A DNA stretch of 64,000 nt from Planctomycetota bacterium (lineage in GTDB: Bacteria; Planctomycetota; Phycisphaerae; UBA1845; PWPN01): NCBI GenBank assembly GCA_022711465.1, contig JAKLEZ010000011.1:1-64000 (forward strand). Reading direction: 5' to 3'. The notes under the pieces are model-generated. The model made no database searches and was not told the DNA's origin. It was given only the letters and a program-made list of their open reading frames with translations. Below, in pieces: positions 16,315 to 27,140 of this stretch. A program made the position numbers and the translations under genes. Numbering within the stretch: the stretch's first letter is position 1; each line of letters begins with the position of its first letter.

Positions 16315-18135
16315 TCAGCCTTCTCGCAGCTTCTCCCGCTGGAGCTGCCAAACGACCGCGGCCGCGAAGTAGATCACCGTCACCAGCATCAGACCGCGTT
16401 TGTAGCTTTCCATGTTGTCGTTGTAGATGCGCTCATCGGCCCCCCCGCCGAGGAACACGCGCAGAGCCAAGGCAATGATGGCCGCCAGACTCAGCACCGC
16501 GCATCCGCCCGCCACCCACGCGAACCCGGGCAGCCCGCCGGCCGACTTCGCCGCCGCGTCCGGTCGAGCAGCCGGCCCGCCACGCGCTGCGTCGATCGGC
16601 TTCTCGACCGGCTCACCCGGAACGGCCTTTGACCCCATGACCGCTGCCAGAAGCACATACAGCCCCGCCGCGATGAACCACCCCGGCAACCAGCGGAAGA
16701 ACAGATGCACGCCCATAAGTTCCATCGGCGATCTCAAGGCGCCACCGGTGAACTGCTCGATCGGGAAGCAGATCACCAGAACCACCAGCCAAGCGATCAG
16801 GGCCGCGGGATTGACGCTCAGCCGGCGCTTCTCCGCCCAGTACTGGCTCAGCCTGAGTTTCGGAAAAAGCCAGTGCTCGACCACGATGATCGCTCCGATC
16901 GGCATGAGCATCAGCCCGTAGATGGCCACGAAATCGAGCAGCTTCATGAAGATCGCCGGGAAGAGAGCCACGATCGTGGTGATCCCCCCCGCGGCTACGG
17001 TCACCGCCCACCGCGGCCAGTTCGGCGTAATGATCTGCAGGGCCAGCCCCGCCCGGTAGATCGTCGGATTCGCCGTCGTCCAGCCGGCCAGCAGCACGCA
17101 GATCAGTCCCGCGGCTCCCGCCGCCCGGTTGGCCATCTCACCGGGGTTGAGCTGACTGCCCAGCACGGCGCCCATGATCCCAGCACAGATCCAGGCACAG
17201 AAGTGCCCAAGGTACATCCCGAACGCCGAGTAGAAGCCGTAACTCCAGTGCCGGGCGTACCGGAATACGGCCATGTCCGACAGCCCGATGTGCATCGCCA
17301 GATTCGCAAACCACGCGAAGAAGGCGACATGCCAGAAACCCAGCTTGACGCCGCCGTGCACCGCCACCCCCGTCCAGATCCTCTCGTTGGCAATCGCCCA
17401 GAGCTCGGAGAAGCCGCGAACATCGCCCAGCTTCGGCAGCGTCGCCAAGGCCCCGGCCAGGAAGATCGGGAACATCCACGGCGAGCAGACCGCGGAAAAC
17501 TGGCTGAGCCTCTTGAAACCCGCTATAGCTAGTACGACCACCAGGGCCCCGATGGCCAGTACGATGACCACCCACCCGACGCTGTTGGGATACACGTCCG
17601 TCAGGCCGGGGTGGACCAGCCTCAGGCCGAGCATGTGGTTCAGGCCCATGACCACGGCGGAGGCCGACACGCCGATCATCGCTGCCGCCAGGCAGCAGTA
17701 CAGCAGAGCGTTCACCAGGTTGTAGACCACGGTCAGACCCGGACCGATGATCCGCCGGACGTACCAGTACAAGGTGAGCCGTACCCGTGTGGCGATCGGG
17801 GCGCAGACAAACGCCCACGATAGGACCGCCAGGAAGTTGCCGAGGAGCAGGCCGAAGACCAGATCGCTCGCTCCCGCCCCCCAATGAACGAAGAGGGCCC
17901 CGATGACAAACTCGGTACCTGCCACATGCTCGCCGGCGAACATGGCCGCAAAGTACCGCCCGTCGTGCAGCTTGTCGGCGCTGACCGGCCGGCGCTCGTA
18001 CTCGTACAGTTTGTCCAGGCGGGCGGCGAGGGCCCCAACCCCCCGTGCACTGACCGCGGCCTCGAGGGACGGCGAGCCCTGACCGGATGTTGAACCCTGA
18101 CCCAACGGCGACGACGTTTCCGGCATCGGCCGCAC
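16315..18135 (-). CDS. polytopic membrane transporter, NCS1 (cytosine/purine permease)-like
   Basis: 606 aa with about 12 or more hydrophobic segments. The N-terminal region (RYFAAMFAGEHVAGTEFVIGALFVHWGAGASDLVFGLLLGNFLAVLSW) resembles CodB/NCS1 TM1-2. The family assignment is tentative. Confidence 0.55.
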   Translation of the reverse strand: MRPMPETSSPLGQGSTSGQGSPSLEAAVSARGVGALAARLDKLYEYERRPVSADKLHDGRYFAAMFAGEHVAGTEFVIGALFVHWGAGASDLVFGLLLGNFLAVLSWAFVCAPIATRVRLTLYWYVRRIIGPGLTVVYNLVNALLYCCLAAAMIGVSASAVVMGLNHMLGLRLVHPGLTDVYPNSVGWVVIVLAIGALVVVLAIAGFKRLSQFSAVCSPWMFPIFLAGALATLPKLGDVRGFSELWAIANERIWTGVAVHGGVKLGFWHVAFFAWFANLAMHIGLSDMAVFRYARHWSYGFYSAFGMYLGHFCAWICAGIMGAVLGSQLNPGEMANRAAGAAGLICVLLAGWTTANPTIYRAGLALQIITPNWPRWAVTVAAGGITTIVALFPAIFMKLLDFVAIYGLMLMPIGAIIVVEHWLFPKLRLSQYWAEKRRLSVNPAALIAWLVVLVICFPIEQFTGGALRSPMELMGVHLFFRWLPGWFIAAGLYVLLAAVMGSKAVPGEPVEKPIDAARGGPAARPDAAAKSAGGLPGFAWVAGGCAVLSLAAIIALALRVFLGGGADERIYNDNMESYKRGLMLVTVIYFAAAVVWQLQREKLREG

Positions 18136-18601
18136 TCCTTGCGTAAGGATGAGCTCACACGGATAGCCAGACGGACGTATCTTAGAGTCTGGTCGTCGGG
18201 ATTCAACGGTCGCCAGAGCATCGAAGGAAAGCTCGCTCCGGAGCTTCCGCCCGCGGCAGTCGTGACCACGGCTCGGTCCAGACCAAGTTGTGGGTCAGGC
18301 GAGCAACTGCCTCTTCAGCCCGGGCAACGCGGCGGACACCTCCAAAACACCACTCGGCGTGGCGCAGAAGGACGAGCCTGACCGCCTGCTGCACGGACGT
18401 CTGCCGGCAAGGAGACCCAACCGCCGCATAAACGGCCCCGCGGATCCCGCAGCCAGGCTGTCGACCCGTCTGGGCGAGAAGCTACTGCCCGGTTGCTGGC
18501 GATGGTATAATCGCGAGGCGAACCGGGGCGGCTACGTAAGCCGCTGTCAATCATGGTTTTCCGAGCGAACCGATCTCGACCTGAGATTGCGCCTGGAGAC
18601 G

Positions 18602-20152
<1,551 letters not shown>

Positions 20153-20171
20153 CAAGGATCAACGGGTAGGC

Positions 20172-20483
20172 ATGGAACCGCGATCACCACCCCGTGTTGT
20201 GTTCAGGTGGTGCCCGACGCGCACACGGCGCTGGCTGGTCGGCTGTGGCCTGATTCTGTCCGCGCTCATCGGCATCGCGCGGATCGCAGCTACGCCCTGG
20301 TCATGGCAACATGTCGACGACACACTCTCCTTGGCCGTCTTCCTGGGTGCGTTCGGCTCGACGGCGGTCCTCCTCTGCCTCGACTTCCGCCGCCAATACC
20401 CTCCCGGCTGCTGCTGCAAGTGCGGCTACGACTTGACCGGTAACTTGAGCGGGGTATGCCCAGAGTGCGGTGCGATGACCTGA
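20172..20483 (+). CDS. small membrane protein with a C-terminal zinc-ribbon (CxC...CxxC)
   Basis: 103 aa with two hydrophobic segments, then CCCKCGYDLTGNLSGVCPECG. Codon usage is consistent with neighbouring genes. Confidence 0.4.
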   Translation: MEPRSPPRVVFRWCPTRTRRWLVGCGLILSALIGIARIAATPWSWQHVDDTLSLAVFLGAFGSTAVLLCLDFRRQYPPGCCCKCGYDLTGNLSGVCPECGAMT

Positions 20484-20517
20484 TCGCTCGCCTCCCATGC
20501 AATCACGGTGCCGTCTC

Positions 20518-23145
20518 CTATTCCGCTCTTCGATCCACCGTGGACGAGCCGGGCAATGCCCGCCTCCTGAATGACGAGACCTTCAGTTCAGCGGCCGTCA
20601 TCCGTATCTCGATCGCGCCATCCTCGGCGGTGTTGAAGTACTTCCGGCCGGCGACGAGTTGCAGCAGACCGTTGCGGGTCTCCCCGTCGCGCTGGCCGGT
20701 CGAGCGGATGCAGTACGTTGGGTCCACCGCCTCGATAAAGGCGGCGGTCGTCTCATTGACACTGCCATGATGCGGCAGGATGAGCACGTCGGCCTTCAGG
20801 CCCTCCGACGCGATGAGATGACGCTGGGGCAGTTCCTCGATGTCGCCGCAGAACAGAACCCGCTTGCCGCCACAGGTCAACCGCCAGACCAGGGAGGTAT
20901 CGTTGGCTTTCTGCAGGTCCACCCGGTCGTTCTTGGGCGGCCAGAGGACCTCCATGACGGCACCGCCCGCCCCGGCAAGCCGATCCCCGCGGGTGACGGT
21001 CTCGATGGACACGCCGCGGCGACGGAGTTCCTCGATCAGCCGCAGCCCCGCGCCGTTCTTCGTGCCCGGAAGCGCGAAACCGGGCGACAGAACCACCCGA
21101 TCGACCCGCCGCCGGGCAACGAGATCCGGCACACCGCAGAAATGGTCCAGGTTCGGATGGCTGATCAGGGCCGCGTCGATTCGCCAGATGTTCTCCCGGG
21201 CGAGCAGCGGTGCCAGCTTGTACCTCTCGACGTCGTACGGCGGCCGGGCCCCCACATCGCAGACCAGGACCCGACCGTCGGGTAGCTGAAGGAGACTGGC
21301 CAGCCCATTGCCCACCGCCAGAACGTGAACGCGACACTCGTTGCCCGGGCGACGCGGGGCAAGTTGCCAGACCAGCACGACCGCGAACACCAGTCCGCAG
21401 GCCGCCACCCATCGCCGGCCGATGCGAAGCCACGGCCGCAGGGCCCACAAGGCCAGAACACCCGTCCCGCCACAAACCAGCCACACCGGTACGGCCGGCG
21501 TGGCCAGCCCGGCTCCGGGCCAGGAGGCCAACCACTTGACCAGGGCGATGAGCCAGCCGGTCAGCAGGGCCAGCGGGTATCCAAGCACATCGGACACCGG
21601 CGACAGCACCAGACCCAGAACCGCCTTCACCAAGCCGAGGATCTCGACCACGCCGACCAGGGGCAGCACGGGCAGGTTGCTCAACCAGCCCCATGTCGCC
21701 ACGCGGTGGAAATGATGAGCAGCCGGCAACAGGCCCGCCAGCCAAGCCACAAAGGACACCGCCAGGCACGAACCCATTGTCCTGACCGCCCACCGCCGCA
21801 CGCGCCGGAGCCTGCCCGGCGGACTGATTCGGTCCTGGATTTCGGGCAGGAGCAGCGGATCATCCCGCCGCAACACCCAGTCGACGCAGCTTCGCCCAAG
21901 TCGTATGACCGGATGATAGAGGTACATGATGCCGATCACGGTCATGAACGAGAGCTGGAAGCCGATGTCGAACAACTGGGTCGGCTGGAGGGCGAGCAGG
22001 ACCAGCGCGGCCAGGGCCATCCAGTTGAGCGTCCGTGCCGGACGGCGAAGCAGGATGGCACCGCACAACAGGTTGCCCATGAGCATCGCCCGCCAGATCG
22101 GCGGCTGCGGTTCGGCCACCACCCCGTAGGCGGTGATCAGAACCATGGCCCACACCGCGCAAGACCGTCGCGAGGCCCCAACAGCCATCCCCACGAGCCA
22201 GACCAGTCCGAGCAGCATGGCGACATGCGAACCGCTGACGCTCAGGATGTGCACCGTGCCCGTGACCGTGAATGCCTCGTTGATCTCCGGCGATACGGCA
22301 CTCCGCTGTCCGAGAACCATGGCGGCCAGCAGTTCCGCGCCCGGTTCGTCACCACGAAACGTGCCCTCCAACATGGCCGCCTGAACCCGGCGCCGCATCT
22401 CGGCGATGGCCCAATGACGATTCGCTTCCTTGGACAGCACGGCCACGTGGGCGGCCCTCTTGCAGGCCAGCTGAGCGAGGATCCCTCGACGACGACCGGC
22501 CAGGGCAAAGTCGTATTCGCCCGGGTTCGATGGCGGGACGATGCGGCGCAGCTGTCCGCACAGCTCGACGCGATCACCCGCAACGACATGCTCGACCGGT
22601 TCGCGGACCAGGACGGCCACCAGCCCGCTGGCCGGAATCTCGCCTTTCTCGCTCGCGATGCGCTCCGCCATGATATTCATGTGCGTGCACGGCTTCAGCT
22701 CCATCCACCGGACCCGCCCGGAGTCGGGTGATTTGACCAGCGGCGGCGATACGACTGTGCCGATCAGTCGAACCGGTGCCGGTTCACCGCTGCAGAAGCA
22801 CGCGACGTGATCGGCCCTCCAGTGGCGAAAGCCGATGTCGTGCCGCGCCGCACCGACCGCGAGCCCGGCCAGCAGAACTGCCCAGCATCGCACGCCGTCG
22901 CGATGACGAAAGCGAATCAAGGCCATACCCGCCAGCACGAATGCCGCGATCAGAATCGGGAAAGGCACCGCCCACCGGCTGTCCAGCACGATACCCAGGA
23001 TGAACCCCAGAGCGGGAGGCAACAGCGGCTGAGCGGCCAGCCACTCCTGGAGCAGTTCCCGACGCGACCGCAACGGGCGGGGGCAGGGATCCGCGCCGTC
23101 CAGAGTCGAATCAGAGACCTCGTATACCTGGAACGACATGGGCAA
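20518..23145 (-). CDS. comEC: DNA internalisation competence protein ComEC/Rec2
   Basis: Polytopic membrane domain plus a C-terminal metallo-beta-lactamase domain (ISHPNLDHFCGV...LILPHHGS), the typical ComEC architecture. Confidence 0.85.
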   Translation of the reverse strand: MPMSFQVYEVSDSTLDGADPCPRPLRSRRELLQEWLAAQPLLPPALGFILGIVLDSRWAVPFPILIAAFVLAGMALIRFRHRDGVRCWAVLLAGLAVGAARHDIGFRHWRADHVACFCSGEPAPVRLIGTVVSPPLVKSPDSGRVRWMELKPCTHMNIMAERIASEKGEIPASGLVAVLVREPVEHVVAGDRVELCGQLRRIVPPSNPGEYDFALAGRRRGILAQLACKRAAHVAVLSKEANRHWAIAEMRRRVQAAMLEGTFRGDEPGAELLAAMVLGQRSAVSPEINEAFTVTGTVHILSVSGSHVAMLLGLVWLVGMAVGASRRSCAVWAMVLITAYGVVAEPQPPIWRAMLMGNLLCGAILLRRPARTLNWMALAALVLLALQPTQLFDIGFQLSFMTVIGIMYLYHPVIRLGRSCVDWVLRRDDPLLLPEIQDRISPPGRLRRVRRWAVRTMGSCLAVSFVAWLAGLLPAAHHFHRVATWGWLSNLPVLPLVGVVEILGLVKAVLGLVLSPVSDVLGYPLALLTGWLIALVKWLASWPGAGLATPAVPVWLVCGGTGVLALWALRPWLRIGRRWVAACGLVFAVVLVWQLAPRRPGNECRVHVLAVGNGLASLLQLPDGRVLVCDVGARPPYDVERYKLAPLLARENIWRIDAALISHPNLDHFCGVPDLVARRRVDRVVLSPGFALPGTKNGAGLRLIEELRRRGVSIETVTRGDRLAGAGGAVMEVLWPPKNDRVDLQKANDTSLVWRLTCGGKRVLFCGDIEELPQRHLIASEGLKADVLILPHHGSVNETTAAFIEAVDPTYCIRSTGQRDGETRNGLLQLVAGRKYFNTAEDGAIEIRMTAAELKVSSFRRRALPGSSTVDRRAE

Positions 23146-23189
23146 ATAATCCGTGGTCGTTTCTCACTTCGTGGTTCGCGCTCCGCCGG

Positions 23190-26100
23190 TCATCCGTCCA
23201 GCTCGACGATCACCTTCGCCCGCAGGAAGACCAACGACCTTCGTCTCACCGGTCGGCGGTAGATCGTCCTCAACGCCTCGGAGTAGGCATCCATCTGAAC
23301 TCGATAGAGCGCGGCTCGCGATGGGACAGCGCGGCCCTCGACGGCGTCGGTCTTGTAGTCGAGGATTTCCAGTCCGTCCGAATCCACCAGAAGAAGATCC
23401 ACCATCCCGCGTATCAGCACCACGTCCCGGGCGTCGCCACTGTGCACGAGCGGATCCACTTTGTCCGGTGACACGCGGCAGGTCACGGGTACCTCCCGTC
23501 GGACATCGGCGGCTCGTCGTCGGACGAGGCGGCCCAGATCACTGTCCAGGAACCAGGCCACGCCGTCCAAGAGCACCCGGCCCGCGTCCTCGGCGGTCAT
23601 CCGTCCCTGCTCGATGAGACGCTCGAGCTGGACAGCAAGATCCCATGCGTCGCATGACCGTCCCAGATCGACCAGCTGCAGGAATCGATGAGTGACCGTT
23701 CCGATGTCGGCCGCGTCGGGGATCGACTCCTGTTCCAGAAACAGGGGGCGAGGAAACAGCCCAGGGCTGGTCGAGCCGGGTCGAGGCACCTCGTCGGGAT
23801 CGAGCGTCGGGTCAAGTCGGCGCTTCACCTCCGTCACCCGCATCCGAGCGAGGAGCGTGGTCAACTCCGGGCACGGGTATTGGCTGGTCAGGGCTGCGAC
23901 GATCGGTTCAATCGACTCGTCGTCGGCACGCGGCTCGTCGGCCGGCAACGGCTGGAGGTCCGCGAGACGTGCCAGGGGCTCGGCCCGACTGACTTCGACG
24001 GCTGGCGGGATGTGCCAGGCATCCGTCGTGGCCCGGTCGTGGACGTAGATCTTGAACAGCGGTGGCGGACCGGTGGCGCCGCTCTCGCCCGCCCACTCGA
24101 CGGTGCCGGCCGGCGCCGAACAGATGGCCGGCAGCAGCCAGTCCTGCATCGCCGCCGCCTTCTCCAGCTGGTACCGCGAAACCCCGCAGCTCGATCCGCC
24201 GGACGCTGCTCGCCGATGGCGCAAGGTCGCCACGCGCGCCGGCAACATCCGGCCGACGAGCAGGAGATGCTCGCGCGCCCGGGTCAGGGCGACATACAGC
24301 ACGCGCAGCTCCTCGGACAGACTCTCTTGGCGTATGTGGTCCGCGGCGATCTGGTGAATCAACGTCGGATACCGGATCCGTCGCTCGGCGTCCGCCGCCC
24401 GAGGAGCGATGCCGTATTGACGGTCAATGAGGATCGTCGCGGTTGCATCCTGGAGATTGAACCGCTTCTGCAGATCGGCGAGGACCACGACCGGAAACTC
24501 AAGCCCCTTGCTGCCGTGGATCGTCATGATGCGAACCACGTCGTCCGCGGCCGACCCGCCGGACACCTGCTCTGGGGCGCGCTCGGCCGCCAGCAGATCC
24601 TCGATGTACCGCAGGAAACGCCGCAAACCCTGGCGGGCAAAGCGGCCGAACTCGCGGGCCAGTTCATGAAGACGGATCAGATGGTCGCGGCGCTGAAGCC
24701 CCCCCGGAAGACCGGAAGCGTAGGCCAGGTAGCCCGTCTCCTCGTACAACTCCCACAACACCTCCGCGACCGGGTTACATCGAACCCGTTCCCGATAGCG
24801 GTCGAGCATGGCCATTGCCTGGGCCACGCGGTCCCGTAGCGACTCGTCCGGACCGCGATCCGCATACTCCATCACGACCTCATGGAAGGGCACGCCATGA
24901 TTCAACAGCCGAATCTCGAGCAGCTCGGTTTCGTCAAACTGGTCCTTGAGCAGCCGCGATCGCAGCACCGAGGCCAGGGGGATATCCTGGCGGCGATTGT
25001 CGAGGACGCGCAACAGACTGACGACATCGTTGAACTCGGTCGTCTCCCACGCTGACTCCTGGCCTTCGATGCGAACCGGGATCCCCATGCGACGGAGAAC
25101 CTCGGCGATCGGTCCGGCCTTGTATTGCAGTGAGCGAAGCAGGATGACCACATCGCGATACTGGAGCGGCCGCATGGCCGGAGGGCTTCCCGGCGCGGCC
25201 GGATGATCGGCGACGTGAAAGCGCTTGCCCTCAGGATGGCCGCCCATCCACTCCCCTATTCGCCGAGCGATCAGGAAGGCCTCGCGTTCGATACCCTCCA
25301 GTTCGTCGGCCGCATCCTGGAACTCGGGCCCCCGCTGATCCTCGCCCTCCGCGGACTCGCCCTCGGTTACGGAAGGTGTCGCCTGCTGCGCGGGCCCGGC
25401 GACCGGCTCAAGGATGTGCATCTCGATCGCCGACCGGTCGAAGCCCGCCGCGTCACCGGCCAAATCACGGTCAACACAAACCGGATGACTCGTCCCGGCG
25501 TGCAGCTCGGCCCTGTTGTCGTAGTCGCTGCCGCCGAACTGGCGGCTCATGAGCGGGCGGAAGACGGCGTTGACGGCGTCGATGACCGCCGCACGACTGC
25601 GGAAGTTCTCCTGCAGCCGGATGACCTCGCCTGGCTTCGTGCCCGCCTCGATCCCATCCTCGCGGGTGGTGAACACTTGCGGCTCGGCCAGGCGGAAGCG
25701 GTAGATGCTCTGCTTGATGTCACCCACCGCGAAGAGGTTGCCCTCGGGCGGGTCGGCCTTCTCCCGGCTGACCAGCTCGAGAATGGCAATCTGCAGCGGG
25801 TCCACGTCCTGAAACTCATCGACCAGCACGTACCGGTACTGGCCCTGCAGCTGGCGGGCGATCTCGCTCGGGCGATCGGGCCGTCCACCTTCGCTCAACA
25901 GCCGGAACGCGCCGCGCTGCAGGTCCTCGAAATCGATGACCGCCTGCTCGCGCTTGGCCGCCTGGTAGCGCTTGCCGAATTCCGTCGCCAGATCCGCCAG
26001 GGTCCGGACATGCGGAGCGATCTTCAGCATCCCCCCGCGGTACTCGTCGGCCGTGAACCGGCAGAAATCGTCATCCAGCCGCTCGTGCAGTCTCTTGAGC

Positions 26101-27140
26101 TGGTCGCGGAGCTTCTTGGCGGCCTCGAACGCCTGGGTATCGCTCTGAGACAGACTCCGCGGCCGCCTCCTCGAAACCTCAAACTCGAAACCGTGGATCA
26201 GATCCGCTGCCTGCTGCCAGCATTCCGGACTGCCGCTTGCCAGCTGGAGCCACTCGCGAAGCCGGACCGCATGCTCATCGATGGCCTCAGCGTGCATCGC
26301 CGCCACCGACCAGCATTGGCGAATAGTCGCCGCCAGATCGTCGCAGTACTCCGCCTGGAGCTGCAGCTCACGGCCCAATCGCTCCTGCTGAAGGTGATCG
26401 AGGCGGGCAACCAGACCCTCGGGGTCGCTCACATCCACGTTCTTCAACGCCCGGGCCAGCCAGCCGTCAGGTTCCGCCAGACTGTTGAGAAAGCGGTGCA
26501 GGCCGAGCACGATCGGAGCGATTGGCTCATCGCGCCCGCCGCCGTATTCGTCCACGAACCCGCGAAAAGCGTCTCCGCGCGCACTCTCCTCGCTGTAGAG
26601 GTCGGCGAACTGGGCCTGGAGAACCTCCCGGCGGAGCAGTTCGGACTCGTCGCCGGCCAGGACCGTGACCTGCGGATCGACGCCGGCCTGTGGGAACCAG
26701 CGCCGGATCAGCGTCTGGCAGAATGAGTGAATGGTGGAGATGCTCGCGCTATCGAGCTGATAGAGCTGCTCGTTGAGCCGCGACTTGTCCGGGCCGTCGC
26801 CAAGGCGGTCAACCCGCTTCTGAATGGCCTTGCCGATGCGGGTCCGCATCTCCTCGGCAGCGGCCTGGGTGAAGGTCACGACCAGGAGTTCGTCCATTTC
26901 ACACCGTTGCCCGGCAGGCAAGTCGCAAACCAGGGCGGCACATCGCTCCGCCAGTACCGTGGTCTTGCCCGATCCCGCCGCGGCCGAGACGAGTACACTG
27001 CGATCGACAGTCAACACGGCTCGTCGCTGAGAGTCGGTCAGATGGGCCAGCAGGCCATGACCCGCGTCCACCGGCCGGACGCCCGTTCTACGCCAGAGCG
27101 CTTCCGACGGTCTGCGCGGTTCACGAGCCATGTGAGCCAC
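23190..27140 (-). CDS. addA: ATP-dependent helicase/nuclease AddA (UvrD-like helicase + PD-(D/E)XK nuclease)
   Basis: Walker A VSAAAGSGKTTVL, DEFQD box, helicase motifs, C-terminal nuclease motif (DYKTD). 1316 aa. Confidence 0.85.
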   Translation of the reverse strand: MAHMAREPRRPSEALWRRTGVRPVDAGHGLLAHLTDSQRRAVLTVDRSVLVSAAAGSGKTTVLAERCAALVCDLPAGQRCEMDELLVVTFTQAAAEEMRTRIGKAIQKRVDRLGDGPDKSRLNEQLYQLDSASISTIHSFCQTLIRRWFPQAGVDPQVTVLAGDESELLRREVLQAQFADLYSEESARGDAFRGFVDEYGGGRDEPIAPIVLGLHRFLNSLAEPDGWLARALKNVDVSDPEGLVARLDHLQQERLGRELQLQAEYCDDLAATIRQCWSVAAMHAEAIDEHAVRLREWLQLASGSPECWQQAADLIHGFEFEVSRRRPRSLSQSDTQAFEAAKKLRDQLKRLHERLDDDFCRFTADEYRGGMLKIAPHVRTLADLATEFGKRYQAAKREQAVIDFEDLQRGAFRLLSEGGRPDRPSEIARQLQGQYRYVLVDEFQDVDPLQIAILELVSREKADPPEGNLFAVGDIKQSIYRFRLAEPQVFTTREDGIEAGTKPGEVIRLQENFRSRAAVIDAVNAVFRPLMSRQFGGSDYDNRAELHAGTSHPVCVDRDLAGDAAGFDRSAIEMHILEPVAGPAQQATPSVTEGESAEGEDQRGPEFQDAADELEGIEREAFLIARRIGEWMGGHPEGKRFHVADHPAAPGSPPAMRPLQYRDVVILLRSLQYKAGPIAEVLRRMGIPVRIEGQESAWETTEFNDVVSLLRVLDNRRQDIPLASVLRSRLLKDQFDETELLEIRLLNHGVPFHEVVMEYADRGPDESLRDRVAQAMAMLDRYRERVRCNPVAEVLWELYEETGYLAYASGLPGGLQRRDHLIRLHELAREFGRFARQGLRRFLRYIEDLLAAERAPEQVSGGSAADDVVRIMTIHGSKGLEFPVVVLADLQKRFNLQDATATILIDRQYGIAPRAADAERRIRYPTLIHQIAADHIRQESLSEELRVLYVALTRAREHLLLVGRMLPARVATLRHRRAASGGSSCGVSRYQLEKAAAMQDWLLPAICSAPAGTVEWAGESGATGPPPLFKIYVHDRATTDAWHIPPAVEVSRAEPLARLADLQPLPADEPRADDESIEPIVAALTSQYPCPELTTLLARMRVTEVKRRLDPTLDPDEVPRPGSTSPGLFPRPLFLEQESIPDAADIGTVTHRFLQLVDLGRSCDAWDLAVQLERLIEQGRMTAEDAGRVLLDGVAWFLDSDLGRLVRRRAADVRREVPVTCRVSPDKVDPLVHSGDARDVVLIRGMVDLLLVDSDGLEILDYKTDAVEGRAVPSRAALYRVQMDAYSEALRTIYRRPVRRRSLVFLRAKVIVELDG

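Noticed and set aside
15014-16351. 445-aa antisense ORF across the RhlB-like glycosyltransferase
   Set aside because: Antisense to a gene with strong homology support. Its composition (RRRG, GRRP runs) is a GC artifact.
21325-22731. 468-aa plus-strand ORF inside comEC; similar long antisense ORFs inside addA (23688-24839, 25203-26726) and miaA (37503-38507)
   Set aside because: All are antisense to strongly supported genes and are Arg/His/Pro/Gly-rich. This is expected from stop-codon depletion on the antisense strand in >65% GC DNA.
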